Source: Setoptus koraiensis (lineage: Eukaryota; Animalia; Arthropoda). From it: a DNA stretch of 64,000 nt. Positions 1 to 10,860 of this stretch are shown here, piece after piece. The stretch covers positions 9,114,001 through 9,178,000 of the forward strand of contig CM106586.1 of NCBI GenBank assembly GCA_048013815.1. The letters run 5' to 3'. Made by a program: the position numbers and the translations under genes. The notes beneath the pieces are model-generated. The model searched no databases. It was not told the DNA's origin and saw only the letters and a list, made by a program, of their open reading frames with translations. Numbering within the stretch: the first letter of the stretch is position 1; each line of letters opens with the position of its first letter.

Positions 1-581
1 CCAAATATTGAGTCAATGTTGGGGAAGAAACCTCATCTATTCTACATAATATGCTGGAAATACATATCACCATTGTTTTTGGGCGTGAGTATAACGGAAC
101 AACTCAATTTGTCTATCCTTCATTTGCGCACATTCGGTAGTGGCTAATTACTTTTACCTGTGCTCGTAAACGCGCTAATTTGCATAATTTGTAATCATTT
201 CTCTAGGTGGTCATTGCGATGTCTATATTCTCGGCCGAGACGCCAGTGTATCGTGGCTACAAATTTCCGCTTTGGTCAGTTGTGGCTGGCTGGACATTGG
301 CATTTTCGTCAGTTTCGGCTATTCCCATTGTGGCTGGCGCAACATGGATCAGATATTGGCGAGCAAAGAAACCAAAACGAACCAACAACAACAACAGTAG
401 CAACAAGAGAAGATGCCAAGCAACTGACCAAACAATGTTTACAGCTATAGAAAACAACAAAGCCATTGGTAACAACAGCACCCCTGCCGCCACCGAAAGT
501 ATAAAATCAAAAAGTATACAATATGCGCAACAAAGGTTCGAATTGATATTTATAAAACCTTTAAATATATTTGTGTTATAA
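1..581 (+). CDS. 3' part of an SLC6 (sodium:neurotransmitter symporter) gene; exons <1-84 and 207-581, intron 85-206
   Basis: Frame 1 reads PNIESMLGKKPHLFYIICWKYISPLFLG, then GTGAGT donor at 85. A CTCTAG acceptor ends at 206. The next exon reads VVIAMSIFSAETPVYRGYKFPLWSVVAGWTLAFSSVSAIPI, the typical SLC6 TM11-TM12 pattern (W..ISP ... Y.FP.W...GW...SS...IP). Substrate class cannot be assigned. Confidence 0.85.
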
Positions 582-654
582 TATAACAATTCTATAATAT
601 ATACACACAAGAATATGTCTAATATTAATAAGTTAATAATAAACAATGTCACTA

Positions 655-3600
655 TTATAAAATATAATCAAGCTCGTACCTGTGATAGGTGTTGACCTCA
701 TCATTTGGTATGCCTGGATAGCCTGCTACCAAAGCATCCTGGGCGCCTATATATAAAGTATTATATACTTTCCAGTAAACGTCTCTTACTTTTCTAGCTG
801 GATGGAATAAGCCTTGAAGAACATATTGAAGTAATCTAATTGGTCCAATCGCCACTCTTAATGCTTCTATGGCGCCCATAAAGGATTGAACTAAATGAGG
901 TGAACTTTCAAAAATATTTGGCCAAATAAAATTCAATAAATGAGTTAGGGCGTCATCACAACCAAAACCGTGCACACCAAGGGCCATATGCTGGACGGCA
1001 GAACAGGCTGTTTGCCGATGAACAAGATCCCTGTCCATCATGGCGTCCTCTAATAAAGGACTAATTGCATATATGTAGTCTTTACCCATCTCTCCTATGT
1101 ATTCAAATAAGAATGACAATGATTTTAACACTCCATTTTGAACATTTAACTCAGGTACTCTATATTCATTCATTAGGGCAGGTAGTACTGTGAATGGGGC
1201 GCAAGTTTCTGCGACAATTGCAATGGCCACTGTCGTACACACACGCATCTGTCTTTCTTGAACTCGCAAATTGTTCAACAATGTCGCCAGGACATCGTGG
1301 GGCCCAATGGCTTTTGCAATATAACCAAATGTGTTCACGGTGGCCCGCCTAATTGCCTTCTTATGTGCCTTTAACAATTCCAATAGTTCAAAACAAATTC
1401 TCATCCATTCACGGGGCGACACAGATTCGGCTCCTCTGTCGGCAATACGACCAACCAGATCGATGCAATTCTCTTGAACCTTTTCGTGTCTGTTTTTGAG
1501 AATTGGTGTCAGTCTTGGCAAAAGATCCTTGATTGGTGGTGTCATTTTGTGCATTCCTATCACGTTCACTATGGCCTTTAAAGCTCCCAGAATAGATCCC
1601 AGTACTTCGGGATATTCTTCACCAAGGTACTCATACAAAATCAGACCCATCTCACTCATTAATTTTTCCTCATCACACTTTTTCATGACGTCCGCTATCC
1701 TTGCCATCAAATCTGCCGCCTGTTGTCGGATCTTGACTGATTTGGAATATAGCCTAAATTTTATAATTTGTGTTATCTGAGGTAATAATGGCTTGACTCG
1801 TTTACCCAACGCATTCACTACGGATCCGAATCCCACCAACATAACTTGGTCATCAGCATGTTGCTCTTGAAAAGCGTATATAATACCATCTACAAGTTGT
1901 ATTTCAAGCCGCTCATCTATTTCTGACGCTCCCAGATTGGTTAGCACTTTATCAATAGTCTCCATAACCATTTTCCTATAAGTTTCATTACTATCTTTCA
2001 GATCATTGACTATCCTCGTCACTATTTCGCCTGCTCCAACCTTGTTAGCAATCTCCACAGTTGTGTCAACTAGTTGCTTGTAGTTTCTTTTCTCTCCAGC
2101 CATTCGTTGGTTCCAAAAGTGCTTGAAAAAATGAGGTAAAACCTCTTCTTTGATATATTGGGGTTGAACACCGTCAGTGCTGCAACATTGTTTGACTACT
2201 TTCATGACGATCTTCTTCATCTCTTCATCGGGAGACGCAAACTCTCTTATGAGAATAAGCATGACCTCTCTGGTATAATAGTTTGCGCCTTCTTCATCCA
2301 TCAATGGTATGAGGTAACCAATAGCCTTCAAGAAAGCCGCCAGAACTTTACCTCTCATGTTTTTGATACCTTTGTAAAGTGGCTTGATAACGTCATCAAA
2401 GGACTCTATTCCGTACGGAGCTGAAGACTCGGCTAATGCAGCCACAGCCAATGCTGTGATTGTCCGCACTTTTTGTTGTTCGTCCTCTAGTCCATGAGCT
2501 ATAGTTTGAACTAAACTGGCCGAATAAGGTAAAACAGCACATCCCATGAGGAACGCAGTTTGTTGGACTATTTTTATACCGGTATGCCTAGCTTGCCAGG
2601 ATTTTTTACTTTTACAGACAGCCTTCAAGAACGGCAATAAAGCTGGTATACCCAATGCGGAAGCCACAACAGCGAACGCTCGCGCTGTTGTATTTCTTAC
2701 AAATTCGTCTATGTTGTCTATATCATTACGCATGGCAGAAATCATGGTGGCTAGACCTGCTGCTTTAGCTAAATTTGACATCAGCTCACGACCCTCTACT
2801 CTGGTGTAATAGTCTTCATCAATGAGAAAGGGTAGAGTGACCATGAGAATTGCCTTAACATGAGGCCTGACGAGATCATCTAATTTATACATAATCCTAT
2901 CTATAACTTTGACGAGCAAGTGACGCTCTTGTTCCTCAAGAGTGGGGGACATCAGAATGGGTAGTATCTGGTCAAATAGTGGCTTAGCTCCAAACTCTCG
3001 GGCTTTATCAGTAATTTGTCTCAAAGCTACCTTTCTCATAGGTGGAGTTCCGTTTTTTATCTTAAGAAGCAATCGCATAATTTTTCTATCTCTTTGCTGG
3101 TCAGCACTCAGTGTGTCCTCTTCGACGTCATGAAGTAGATTACCGAAGAATTGCAAATCTTCCGGCTTCAGAGGGGGAAGATTACCCTTAGGTTCTAGTT
3201 CCACAATCTTTTTCGCTGACGACATTTGGTAATCTTCATTCTGAATGAAGAAACCTTGAGCAGGTGTCATGAGAACACCAGAGAGAGGTGTTGGCGTAGC
3301 TGTTGGAGCAAGCATCTTTCTAGCAGGGGTGCGTATGGGTTGGTAATCAGCAGGAGGTGGTATGATTCTGTATCCTGTAGGTGGCAGTATTTCGTCCAGT
3401 TCCTCGTCAGTGAAAGGTCGATTATATTTGTCAACTTCAGTGACTTGCAGATTGCTTGGAGTCATTGGTATGATGTGACCTGGAGTTGGTGTAGCCATAC
3501 CCATCGCTGGAGTTCCTATCGGAGTGGCCGACCCATCGACAATCATAGGAGCTGCCCCTTGGTCATCCCATCTGGAACGTCTTTTCGGCGCGCTCACCAC

Positions 3601-3843
3601 CGGAGTATCACTAGCACGTTCTGTTCTGGGTGTCTCATCCCATCTGGATGGTCTTTTGAAAGTTTCTTCATCGCTTGTGCCATTTTTAACGGCATTGTTG
3701 CTGGTGCCATTGCTGGGAGCAACAAATTCAGGTGTAGGTTTGACGACTACTTCAGTTGTGGCATCTTGTTCTGATTCGGGAATCACGTCCCATCTTTTTC
3801 TTTTGCGAGGCCTCTGCTGACCATCACTTGCGGTAGAGTCCAT
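655..3843 (-). CDS. SF3B1: Splicing factor 3B subunit 1, intronless
   Basis: One ORF carries RWD(E/D/V) ULM motifs, the p14-binding segment [13 protein letters not shown], and HEAT repeats nearly identical to SF3B1 ([68 protein letters not shown]-terminal ELDYIL). The first ATG is at 3843; the track start at 3858 is a TTG preceded by an in-frame TAA. Confidence 0.98.
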   Translation of the reverse strand: MDSTASDGQQRPRKRKRWDVIPESEQDATTEVVVKPTPEFVAPSNGTSNNAVKNGTSDEETFKRPSRWDETPRTERASDTPVVSAPKRRSRWDDQGAAPMIVDGSATPIGTPAMGMATPTPGHIIPMTPSNLQVTEVDKYNRPFTDEELDEILPPTGYRIIPPPADYQPIRTPARKMLAPTATPTPLSGVLMTPAQGFFIQNEDYQMSSAKKIVELEPKGNLPPLKPEDLQFFGNLLHDVEEDTLSADQQRDRKIMRLLLKIKNGTPPMRKVALRQITDKAREFGAKPLFDQILPILMSPTLEEQERHLLVKVIDRIMYKLDDLVRPHVKAILMVTLPFLIDEDYYTRVEGRELMSNLAKAAGLATMISAMRNDIDNIDEFVRNTTARAFAVVASALGIPALLPFLKAVCKSKKSWQARHTGIKIVQQTAFLMGCAVLPYSASLVQTIAHGLEDEQQKVRTITALAVAALAESSAPYGIESFDDVIKPLYKGIKNMRGKVLAAFLKAIGYLIPLMDEEGANYYTREVMLILIREFASPDEEMKKIVMKVVKQCCSTDGVQPQYIKEEVLPHFFKHFWNQRMAGEKRNYKQLVDTTVEIANKVGAGEIVTRIVNDLKDSNETYRKMVMETIDKVLTNLGASEIDERLEIQLVDGIIYAFQEQHADDQVMLVGFGSVVNALGKRVKPLLPQITQIIKFRLYSKSVKIRQQAADLMARIADVMKKCDEEKLMSEMGLILYEYLGEEYPEVLGSILGALKAIVNVIGMHKMTPPIKDLLPRLTPILKNRHEKVQENCIDLVGRIADRGAESVSPREWMRICFELLELLKAHKKAIRRATVNTFGYIAKAIGPHDVLATLLNNLRVQERQMRVCTTVAIAIVAETCAPFTVLPALMNEYRVPELNVQNGVLKSLSFLFEYIGEMGKDYIYAISPLLEDAMMDRDLVHRQTACSAVQHMALGVHGFGCDDALTHLLNFIWPNIFESSPHLVQSFMGAIEALRVAIGPIRLLQYVLQGLFHPARKVRDVYWKVYNTLYIGAQDALVAGYPGIPNDEVNTYHRYELDYIL

Positions 3844-4510
3844 GTGGATAGTTGTCAATTACTGCACAGAGGTATGCTGTCAGTTGTGTAGTTCTATTAT
3901 AAAAATCCTGATTAAATAAATAAATAATACTGAATAATCATTTTTTCAACAATTGGTATTCTTTTTTAATTCGCATCACCTATCCTCGTGTCTGTTTTTC
4001 GGCGCTAAATTTGAAGGTGCTTTTTTTGAGGGAGACTCAATCATTCAAATCATTGTCCCTATCTACATCTCAGAAGAGAATGTTTTTTTTTCAGATATAT
4101 TGTTTCAGATATATAGAGCAACATTCAATTCGAAAATTCGAACACAACATATATCCTAAGGAACTGGTAAGTCCGGATTATTAATTTCAGACAAATTGCT
4201 AGTGGGGAGAAACAGGGAGAACGGCCTCCCCGAATTCTAAAACGGGGAGGCGTTCAAGGTATATCGGCCATAGACCGGCGCTTTGCATCATATGAAGAAT
4301 TTTTTTGCACGTGTCACATCAACCAACATGTTGATGCTAAAGATCTCATGTTGACCGCCTATTTATTACACATTTTTTTAACAACTATTATGATAATGAT
4401 TCAACAGTAAATTTTTCCATGAGACCCTGCTTGTCATTGTACCTCTTGCCAAGGTCCGAATATTTCTGGATATCCACAATATTATACACAAAATTATTTA
4501 TCTACTAAAC
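3844..4510. promoter_or_regulatory. Head-to-head (bidirectional) promoter interval between SF3B1 and GNB1L
   Basis: Divergent start codons about 670 bp apart. A GTAAGT donor near 4147 (+) and an acceptor-like CTGTGCAG ending at 3862 (-) suggest 5'UTR introns. Contains a 13-bp-stem inverted repeat at 4219-4255. Confidence 0.6.
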
Positions 4511-5701
4511 ATGACAAACAAGAAAACTATTCCGCCACCCATTTTCACATTGCGTGGTCACGATGCTGCAGTAACAGCGTTACACTTCATAGACAACCTG
4601 TCTGAACCATTTCTAGTCTCTGGAGACCTCAATGGAGTTCTAATAGTTTGGAATCTCCTAACACTTAGAATTGCTGCTCAAACCAACGAATTAACCTCCG
4701 CTAAGATTTTGAGTATAAGACAAATCTTTCAAAATATATCAATGGCAGGTTCATGTCTAGTCGTTCAGTCTCGGGAGGGATTTGTTAAATTGGTTCGTAT
4801 AAGAGAAAATAGGCCCTCATCTGATGAACTTGCTAGTATTGTCATAGAAGAAATAAAGTCATACCCGTCGTCTCCACTGCTGTTCTCTCGAGGCGATGCT
4901 ATCACAATAGAGGAAAAATCTTATTTGGCTCATTCATCTATTATTGAAGAATGTCAGATCGCACTTAGAGTTATCGACTCCAGTTTCAAAACACTCAACT
5001 CAGCTCCTATCAAGCGGCCTGCGTTTGAAGGAGCTAAATCAGCGCCTTCATGTTTTGATATCAAACTAGTGGCATCGTCGAATAAAAACTTATGCATTCT
5101 ATGTGGCTACGAAGATGGAATAGTATGTGTATTCTCTTGTACAAGCGGGATGCATCCTGATGAATCTTCAAATGACAAGCCTGAGACGGCGGCTGGACTG
5201 AAGATTAGTCACATGAGAAACATCGACACAGGATTTAAAGAATTTATCACATCATTCGACTATTGCACTAATTCGCAATTACTCGTTTGTGGAAGCCCAT
5301 TAGATAAGATTCTTCTTGCGAGAGTCGATCTGAACCCTTACGACACACCTGATAAATCTGAAGTTGAAGCACTGTGTGAGGAAAAATTGATCACAAGGTT
5401 TGACTATCTAGACCTCCAAAGCAACGGTGTGTCACAGATTAGTTTAAGACCTGATGCTAAATTATTTGCTGTCGCCTTATGGAACTCACAAGTTCGAATA
5501 TATTCTACTAGCAAGAAACTCAAACTACTAGCCATTCTGAACAATCATAGCAAACAAGTGGATGGTATAATATTTGTAGAGGATAGATGGTCGCTGTCAA
5601 CTAAGCGTGAGACTTCATCACTTTCAAATAACGCCAACTATTTAATGTTTTGTTCTTCAGGTGATAAAACAATAAGTCTCTGGTCTTTATTCAACGACTA
5701 G
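4511..5701 (+). CDS. GNB1L: WD40-repeat protein GNB1L/ASA1-like, intronless
   Basis: N-terminal PPPIFTLRGHDAAVTALHF, then LVSGD...WNL. The C-terminus LRPDAKLFAVALWNSQVRIY...LLAILNNH...SSGDKTISLWSLF matches the GNB1L/Asa1 family signature as recalled. Confidence 0.75.
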   Translation: MTNKKTIPPPIFTLRGHDAAVTALHFIDNLSEPFLVSGDLNGVLIVWNLLTLRIAAQTNELTSAKILSIRQIFQNISMAGSCLVVQSREGFVKLVRIRENRPSSDELASIVIEEIKSYPSSPLLFSRGDAITIEEKSYLAHSSIIEECQIALRVIDSSFKTLNSAPIKRPAFEGAKSAPSCFDIKLVASSNKNLCILCGYEDGIVCVFSCTSGMHPDESSNDKPETAAGLKISHMRNIDTGFKEFITSFDYCTNSQLLVCGSPLDKILLARVDLNPYDTPDKSEVEALCEEKLITRFDYLDLQSNGVSQISLRPDAKLFAVALWNSQVRIYSTSKKLKLLAILNNHSKQVDGIIFVEDRWSLSTKRETSSLSNNANYLMFCSSGDKTISLWSLFND

Positions 5702-5732
5702 TGATATCTGTTTGTAAAAAGAGTGCAATATT

Positions 5733-8415
5733 TCACAGTGAATCAAGTGATTTTGACACCAAGCATGCGAAACTTGGTAGACTTTCAACACCATTCAATA
5801 AGTTTGATTCGTGCAAATCTATTGGTGTCACATAACTCGACGAACATCCTGCAGTAAATGAGCTAGCCAATTTATTTTGAGTGTAATCATTTGTAGATGT
5901 TGACCAGTTACCATCGCAATTGATTTGACACGGTTTGGTGTATCCCGCCGACCAAGATTGCGACAATTTATCATCTAGTGAGGAACTGTTTTTGATAATA
6001 TCATCATGCACTTCAATTGGTGTCATATAACTCGATGAACATCCTGCAGTAAATGAGTTTGCAAATTTACTTTGAGTGTAATCATTTGTTGATACAGACC
6101 AGTTACCATCATAATTGACTTGACATGGCTGTGTGTATCCCGCCGACCAAGATTGTGACAATTTATCATCTAGTGAGGAATTGTTTTTGATAACATCAAT
6201 CTGCGTTTGACGAGACACGAGAGATTTGAAGGAATTTATTGGTACATTGTCTGTGAAAAGTATTTTTTGTAAAAATATCAATTACTTACAAGCGAACATA
6301 CCTTGTTATTGTTCGAATCCAGTTTTTTATGCAACTTTAGATGCTTCCTCAGAGAGCTGGGATCTGTATAACGTTTATCACAATCGTCATAACTACATGA
6401 GTAAGGTTTCTGCTCACCGGTATGAGATGAAAGGGATATAATAAATTGTTTGGTTAATTTATAGAACCCCGAAGACGAACTCTATTTTATTGATTCATAG
6501 ATCAAGTAATACCGCTGGAATGTGTAGAATATAATATAAAAGATTTATCTAATCTGCTATCTTATCTACTGGAATCATTTCTTCTTTTCTATCTACATTT
6601 ATACCTTTGCACAGATAAAACCTACAAGATCCATCTAAAATACATTATTTGATGGCTTACCTATAATTACTAGCTGTAGTACTGTAATTAAAATGTATAA
6701 TAATTTCGAAATTAAGTACGAAAGATTTGTAGATGAATGGATTAAATTGCTATAATACTAGTATTATACTGATTTCATAGAGATTGATACAGCGTGTCAA
6801 ACTTGTTCACACATTCGTAACAAAGCCAATAAACCTGGCATGAAAAAAAAACCTTATACCTTACACAAATGCAAATAATTAAATGAACTGACGACCAAGA
6901 GTGACTTTCAGAGCTATCAGTGTGAATCGCGTCGTTGATGTAACAATTGTTATTGTTCGTCATATAAAACAATGTCTCATGATATCGACGCATGGCCCGG
7001 ATCTATCTTATCATGGAATGGTCCCCCACTACAAAGCAGGTGACGAAAAAAACCAAAGTTGAAATTGATCATCATGAGATGGCCATTATCAACCTAAATC
7101 ACATGTCTATACTAAATTTTGTCGTGCATCATATATAGTCGTCGAGCTCGTGAAGCATTGTTGTTAGACAATATTGCTCAACAAGTAGTCACATACTATT
7201 AGTCATATTTGCCCCCTTGCAAAGTGCTAGATTCTTATGATTGTTTGATCAGAGAGCCAAAGCATTGCCATTGTATACTTTGACTAGGTGATGATAAAAA
7301 ATCGTTATCTCTATACCTTAAAACATATAGGTTGAAGCTGATCATATAGGCTAACATACAGACGGATAGATCTGATCATAGTAGAGTAGAAATTGATAAT
7401 AATTGCCCCCTTCTACGGTAAATACTTACGGCATCTAAATGAGTTTTGTGATGCTTTATTCGATCGGATGAGTTCGTGAAGGCCTTCTTGCAGCCCTCGT
7501 ATCGGCAACAATACGGCTTTTCTCCTGTGTGACTTCTTATGTGGATCTTGAGATTTTCTAATCGTGAGAAACTTTTTTTGCATGACTCGTGCTATTGTGA
7601 TTGCAAAACACAAAAGTAAATATGTATGTTAAAAAATTGTTATTATTTGCTCAATTCAAGCCTAAGTAGACTAATTTCAAATGGAAATTAATACATGGAG
7701 ATGACAATCAATGATGTGATAGTTACCTCACATGGATAGGGCTTCTCGCCAGAGTGCACTCTCATGTGAATGAGAAGCTTGTATCTGGCATTGAACGGTT
7801 GATTAGTGCGACGACAATTGGTCCATTGACATGAGTACCTATGTTTCTCCTCTGGTATCGAGTTTACATGTGCGTCTTCAATATGCTTTACCTGTATGTC
7901 AGATCAAACATCATAACACAAGCAACATTACTCTGTCAACTCTTTGAAGATCGCATAACTCATTGGATGACGTATCATATCATCGTGATACTTACCAGCT
8001 CAGGCATATCTGTGAAGCTCAAGAAGCAATCGGACCAGCGACAAGTGTGGGGATAAAATTCGTCCTCTTGCAGACAAATAGAATTATTGATACTATACGG
8101 ATTGCAATACGGATTGCTTTTACTATTCGACGATGAAATGAGAGATGATTCTCTTGTGGATACATTATTTAAATCTTGTATTATGATATTAGACGGAGAG
8201 TTCAATGAATTCATCAGAGAGGTAACATTGTTTTGATTAGCATCATGATTGTGATGCAACAAGTGATCATTGTTCATAATTGTTTGCTCATTGTGAAAGT
8301 CATTATAGATGAGCCAGCTAGAATCGTGATAAAATTCCGTTTGGTACTGATGATGTTGGTCTAAATAGTAGTGACAATCGTTGTCATTAATTGCAGTTGA
8401 TGAATAAGCAGTCAT
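5733..8415 (-). CDS. GLIS1/GLIS3 (lame duck-like) C2H2 zinc-finger transcription factor; exons 8415-7996, 7891-7727, 7591-7430, 6409-6302, 6200-5733 (~440 aa)
   Basis: Hand splicing through GT-AG phase-0 introns gives five fingers: [17 protein letters not shown]; [26 protein letters not shown]; [23 protein letters not shown]; [18 protein letters not shown]; [40 protein letters not shown] and SRLENLKIH are GLIS1/3-type. The last acceptor (6201) was chosen because the nearer one (6251) gives an immediate stop. Confidence 0.9.
5805..6194 (-). repeat. Two tandem 195-bp (65-aa) in-frame repeats in the last GLIS exon
   Basis: TCATCTAGTGAGGAA occurs at 5971 and 6166 (period 195). The units read (V/I)[50 protein letters not shown]. 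Confidence 0.95.
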
Positions 8416-8519
8416 TATTATGTTAATTAATAGATTAATTACTGGCTTGAAAATGACTTCATGCGTGACGTTAGCATTCGCTTGAAATATTGATTAAGAT
8501 TTGGAAGATCGATGAATAT

Positions 8520-10860
8520 GACAGTTGATACTGGTGTGTCTTCGCGATTTTATAGCAGAAATAAGACAAATCACCTTAAATTACAATCACAAAACATCGT
8601 ATAATACCATATACAAATTTTTGCTCACCGCGTATAAAACCCAATAGTTTTAGATCATCACTCAAGGACCTATTGTACTCTGATTGATTCAGTCGATTCC
8701 GTTTGATACAATCAGCAACCGAAAGCGACGATCAAGAGAGAGGGAGAGAGAAAGAGTATAGTCGACAACAGAAATCGTTGTTGGCAAAATAGATCATGAT
8801 ATCACCTTAAACAACCATACAATTTCATACATTTGTATACACTGCTATCTTATGGTAGATCTCGATGGCTGCTTTGATAAATGGCCCCTTTTTACATTTC
8901 AATCAAATGCCTGATTTATATAGTTTGCAGGGTTTATCAAGTCAGAATATGGACAAGGTAGTCATGACGCATTCAAGAGAGCGAGAGAGAAAGAGAGTAT
9001 TGTCGGCGACAGAGATCATTGTTGGCAAAATAAATCATGATATCACCCTAAACAACCAATTGATTTCATATATTTATATACAGTGCAATCAGACAAAAAG
9101 AAAACTATCACATAAAAACAACACATGTCAGAAGCCAGACGGTAGCTGAAGTTTGGTTATCAACTTTGCTTTAATCAGATAATTAGACACATCTCATTGA
9201 TTGGCAGTCGTTTCATGACCATTTTGTCACTATCTACTTGTTAGGTTTAACATGAAACCTGTGTCTGTATTTATGTTATGTATTTGAATACATAGGCTGA
9301 AACACGCTTTAAGTCTCGCCAATTATATGAATACCTGGCTTTGTTGAGGCAAGTAGAACAAATATGGGTATAGAGATGAATCTGGGCCCAGGTTGGAAGA
9401 TTTATTTCGTTTTACTTATGACTAGAATTATGCCTACTGAGTTGGTGAAACTTGTTGATATTTGTTTCGAGTGAATTCATTATTATTCCAGGTTTAATGA
9501 ATCAATTACTATTACAATATCACTATGAGTTTACATACATGGAGTTGCATTAGCATTAACATTAGTATAGGGGATCAAACAGATCAAAGAGAGTGGTGCT
9601 TTGTTGACATTGGAGATTAATTATTAATATGATTGCTAGACATATTCTTATCGAGCCATTCATTTGTATCTGTATTGATGATGAAAGAAAGCACAATAGA
9701 TAGATAGAAAGAAGTTCGGAGGCTTGCCATCATCTATCTAGATAACACTATTGTCATAACAGTTGAATGATAAACTTATAGACAACCATTCATCAAGTGT
9801 ATTCGCCACATCCTATTGGCAAACAAACGTACAATTGAAAGCGACATTCAGATAAACGTTGCTGCTAAAGTATCTCATGACAGAGATCGACTTTTGAACA
9901 AACAAGATTATTGGTGTTATTCATTGTTGTCCAGACTATTTACTGAACGGTAGTTACTACTTTGCCTATGTTGTTACGAATCCGCTGTGTGCTTCAAATA
10001 CGTGAAAACAGAATTAACTTGTTGGGCAAGACTAAAAATCATCTCGCAGGCAAGCATCAGACTGTGTCAGACATCTAGAGTTAAGATGACATTTTAAGAA
10101 TTAAACCTCACAAGGATCTTTGAGAGTCTGGCGTTCACATTACATTTAGACATCATTTGTTGATTGACTTGTCTGCCAATTGTGATCGAATAATAAAACG
10201 AGCCACTTCCAAAAGCGGTCGTACAAACTTGCTACAACTATACAATTGTTTCACTATACTGACCGTTGTATCTTCAAGTTAGTCGTATCACTGCAACCGT
10301 TATATGATATTTAGTGACAGTGACTTTATTATTAGTTATGTTCGCTTTTTACATATCAATCGAATGTCTGTTATGTATAGTTTGCAGCTTTAGTCAAGTC
10401 GGAGCAATAAATCGAAGAATTAAAAGTCATTTAGACAAGGGTGAGTAATGGATAAAAGCCTAACTCATCATTATCACCATCATCAACACCAGAAAGTCGA
10501 TTAACTGAAAGCCCAACAACTCCACTTTCACCAGAATATTCACACGTCAGTGACAGAGATTTATTTGTAGATTGGCGTTTGCATTGCAGTTCACCGCTTA
10601 GCGAAGATACAAATGATCATAGTCTGAGAGAAGAGTTGAGAACAATAACTGGCTCGGCCGGGATGATATCAGTTGGTGACTTTGACTCGCTTGCCCCTTA
10701 TCCTGCTGGCCTCAACTGTAGTTGGCTATTGGAGGCTCCTGTAGGCAAAGTGTTTAGGTTTTACTTTCTGAATTTGGACTTGGATGCCAACGGACAGGAT
10801 AAGTTGGAGTTTTTTGATGAATCTCGTGACACAAATGATAAATCAGCAAACAAAATGAGC
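8520..10860 (+). repeat. Source copy of a diverged segmental duplication (partner ~32380-33855, same orientation)
   Basis: Collinear shared blocks include GATACTGRTGTGTCTT, GAAATCGTTGTTGGCAAAA, CAGACGGTAGCT, GAATACATAGGCTG, ATTAATATGATTGCTAGACA, TCAATCGAATGTCTG and CAAATGATCATAGTCTGAGA...GGTGACTTTGACTCGCTTGC. Confidence 0.9.
8725..9070 (+). repeat. Local ~245-bp-period direct duplication
   Basis: A block of the form TCAAGAGAG.GAGAGAGAAAGAG...TTGTTGGCAAAATA.ATCATGATATCACC.TAAACAACCA occurs near 8732 and near 8973. Confidence 0.8.

Noticed and set aside
6775-7030. Minus-strand ORF and possible cassette exon in GLIS intron 3
   Set aside because: The candidate exon (7028-6865) is not a multiple of 3 and has stops in the GLIS frame; no homology recognised.
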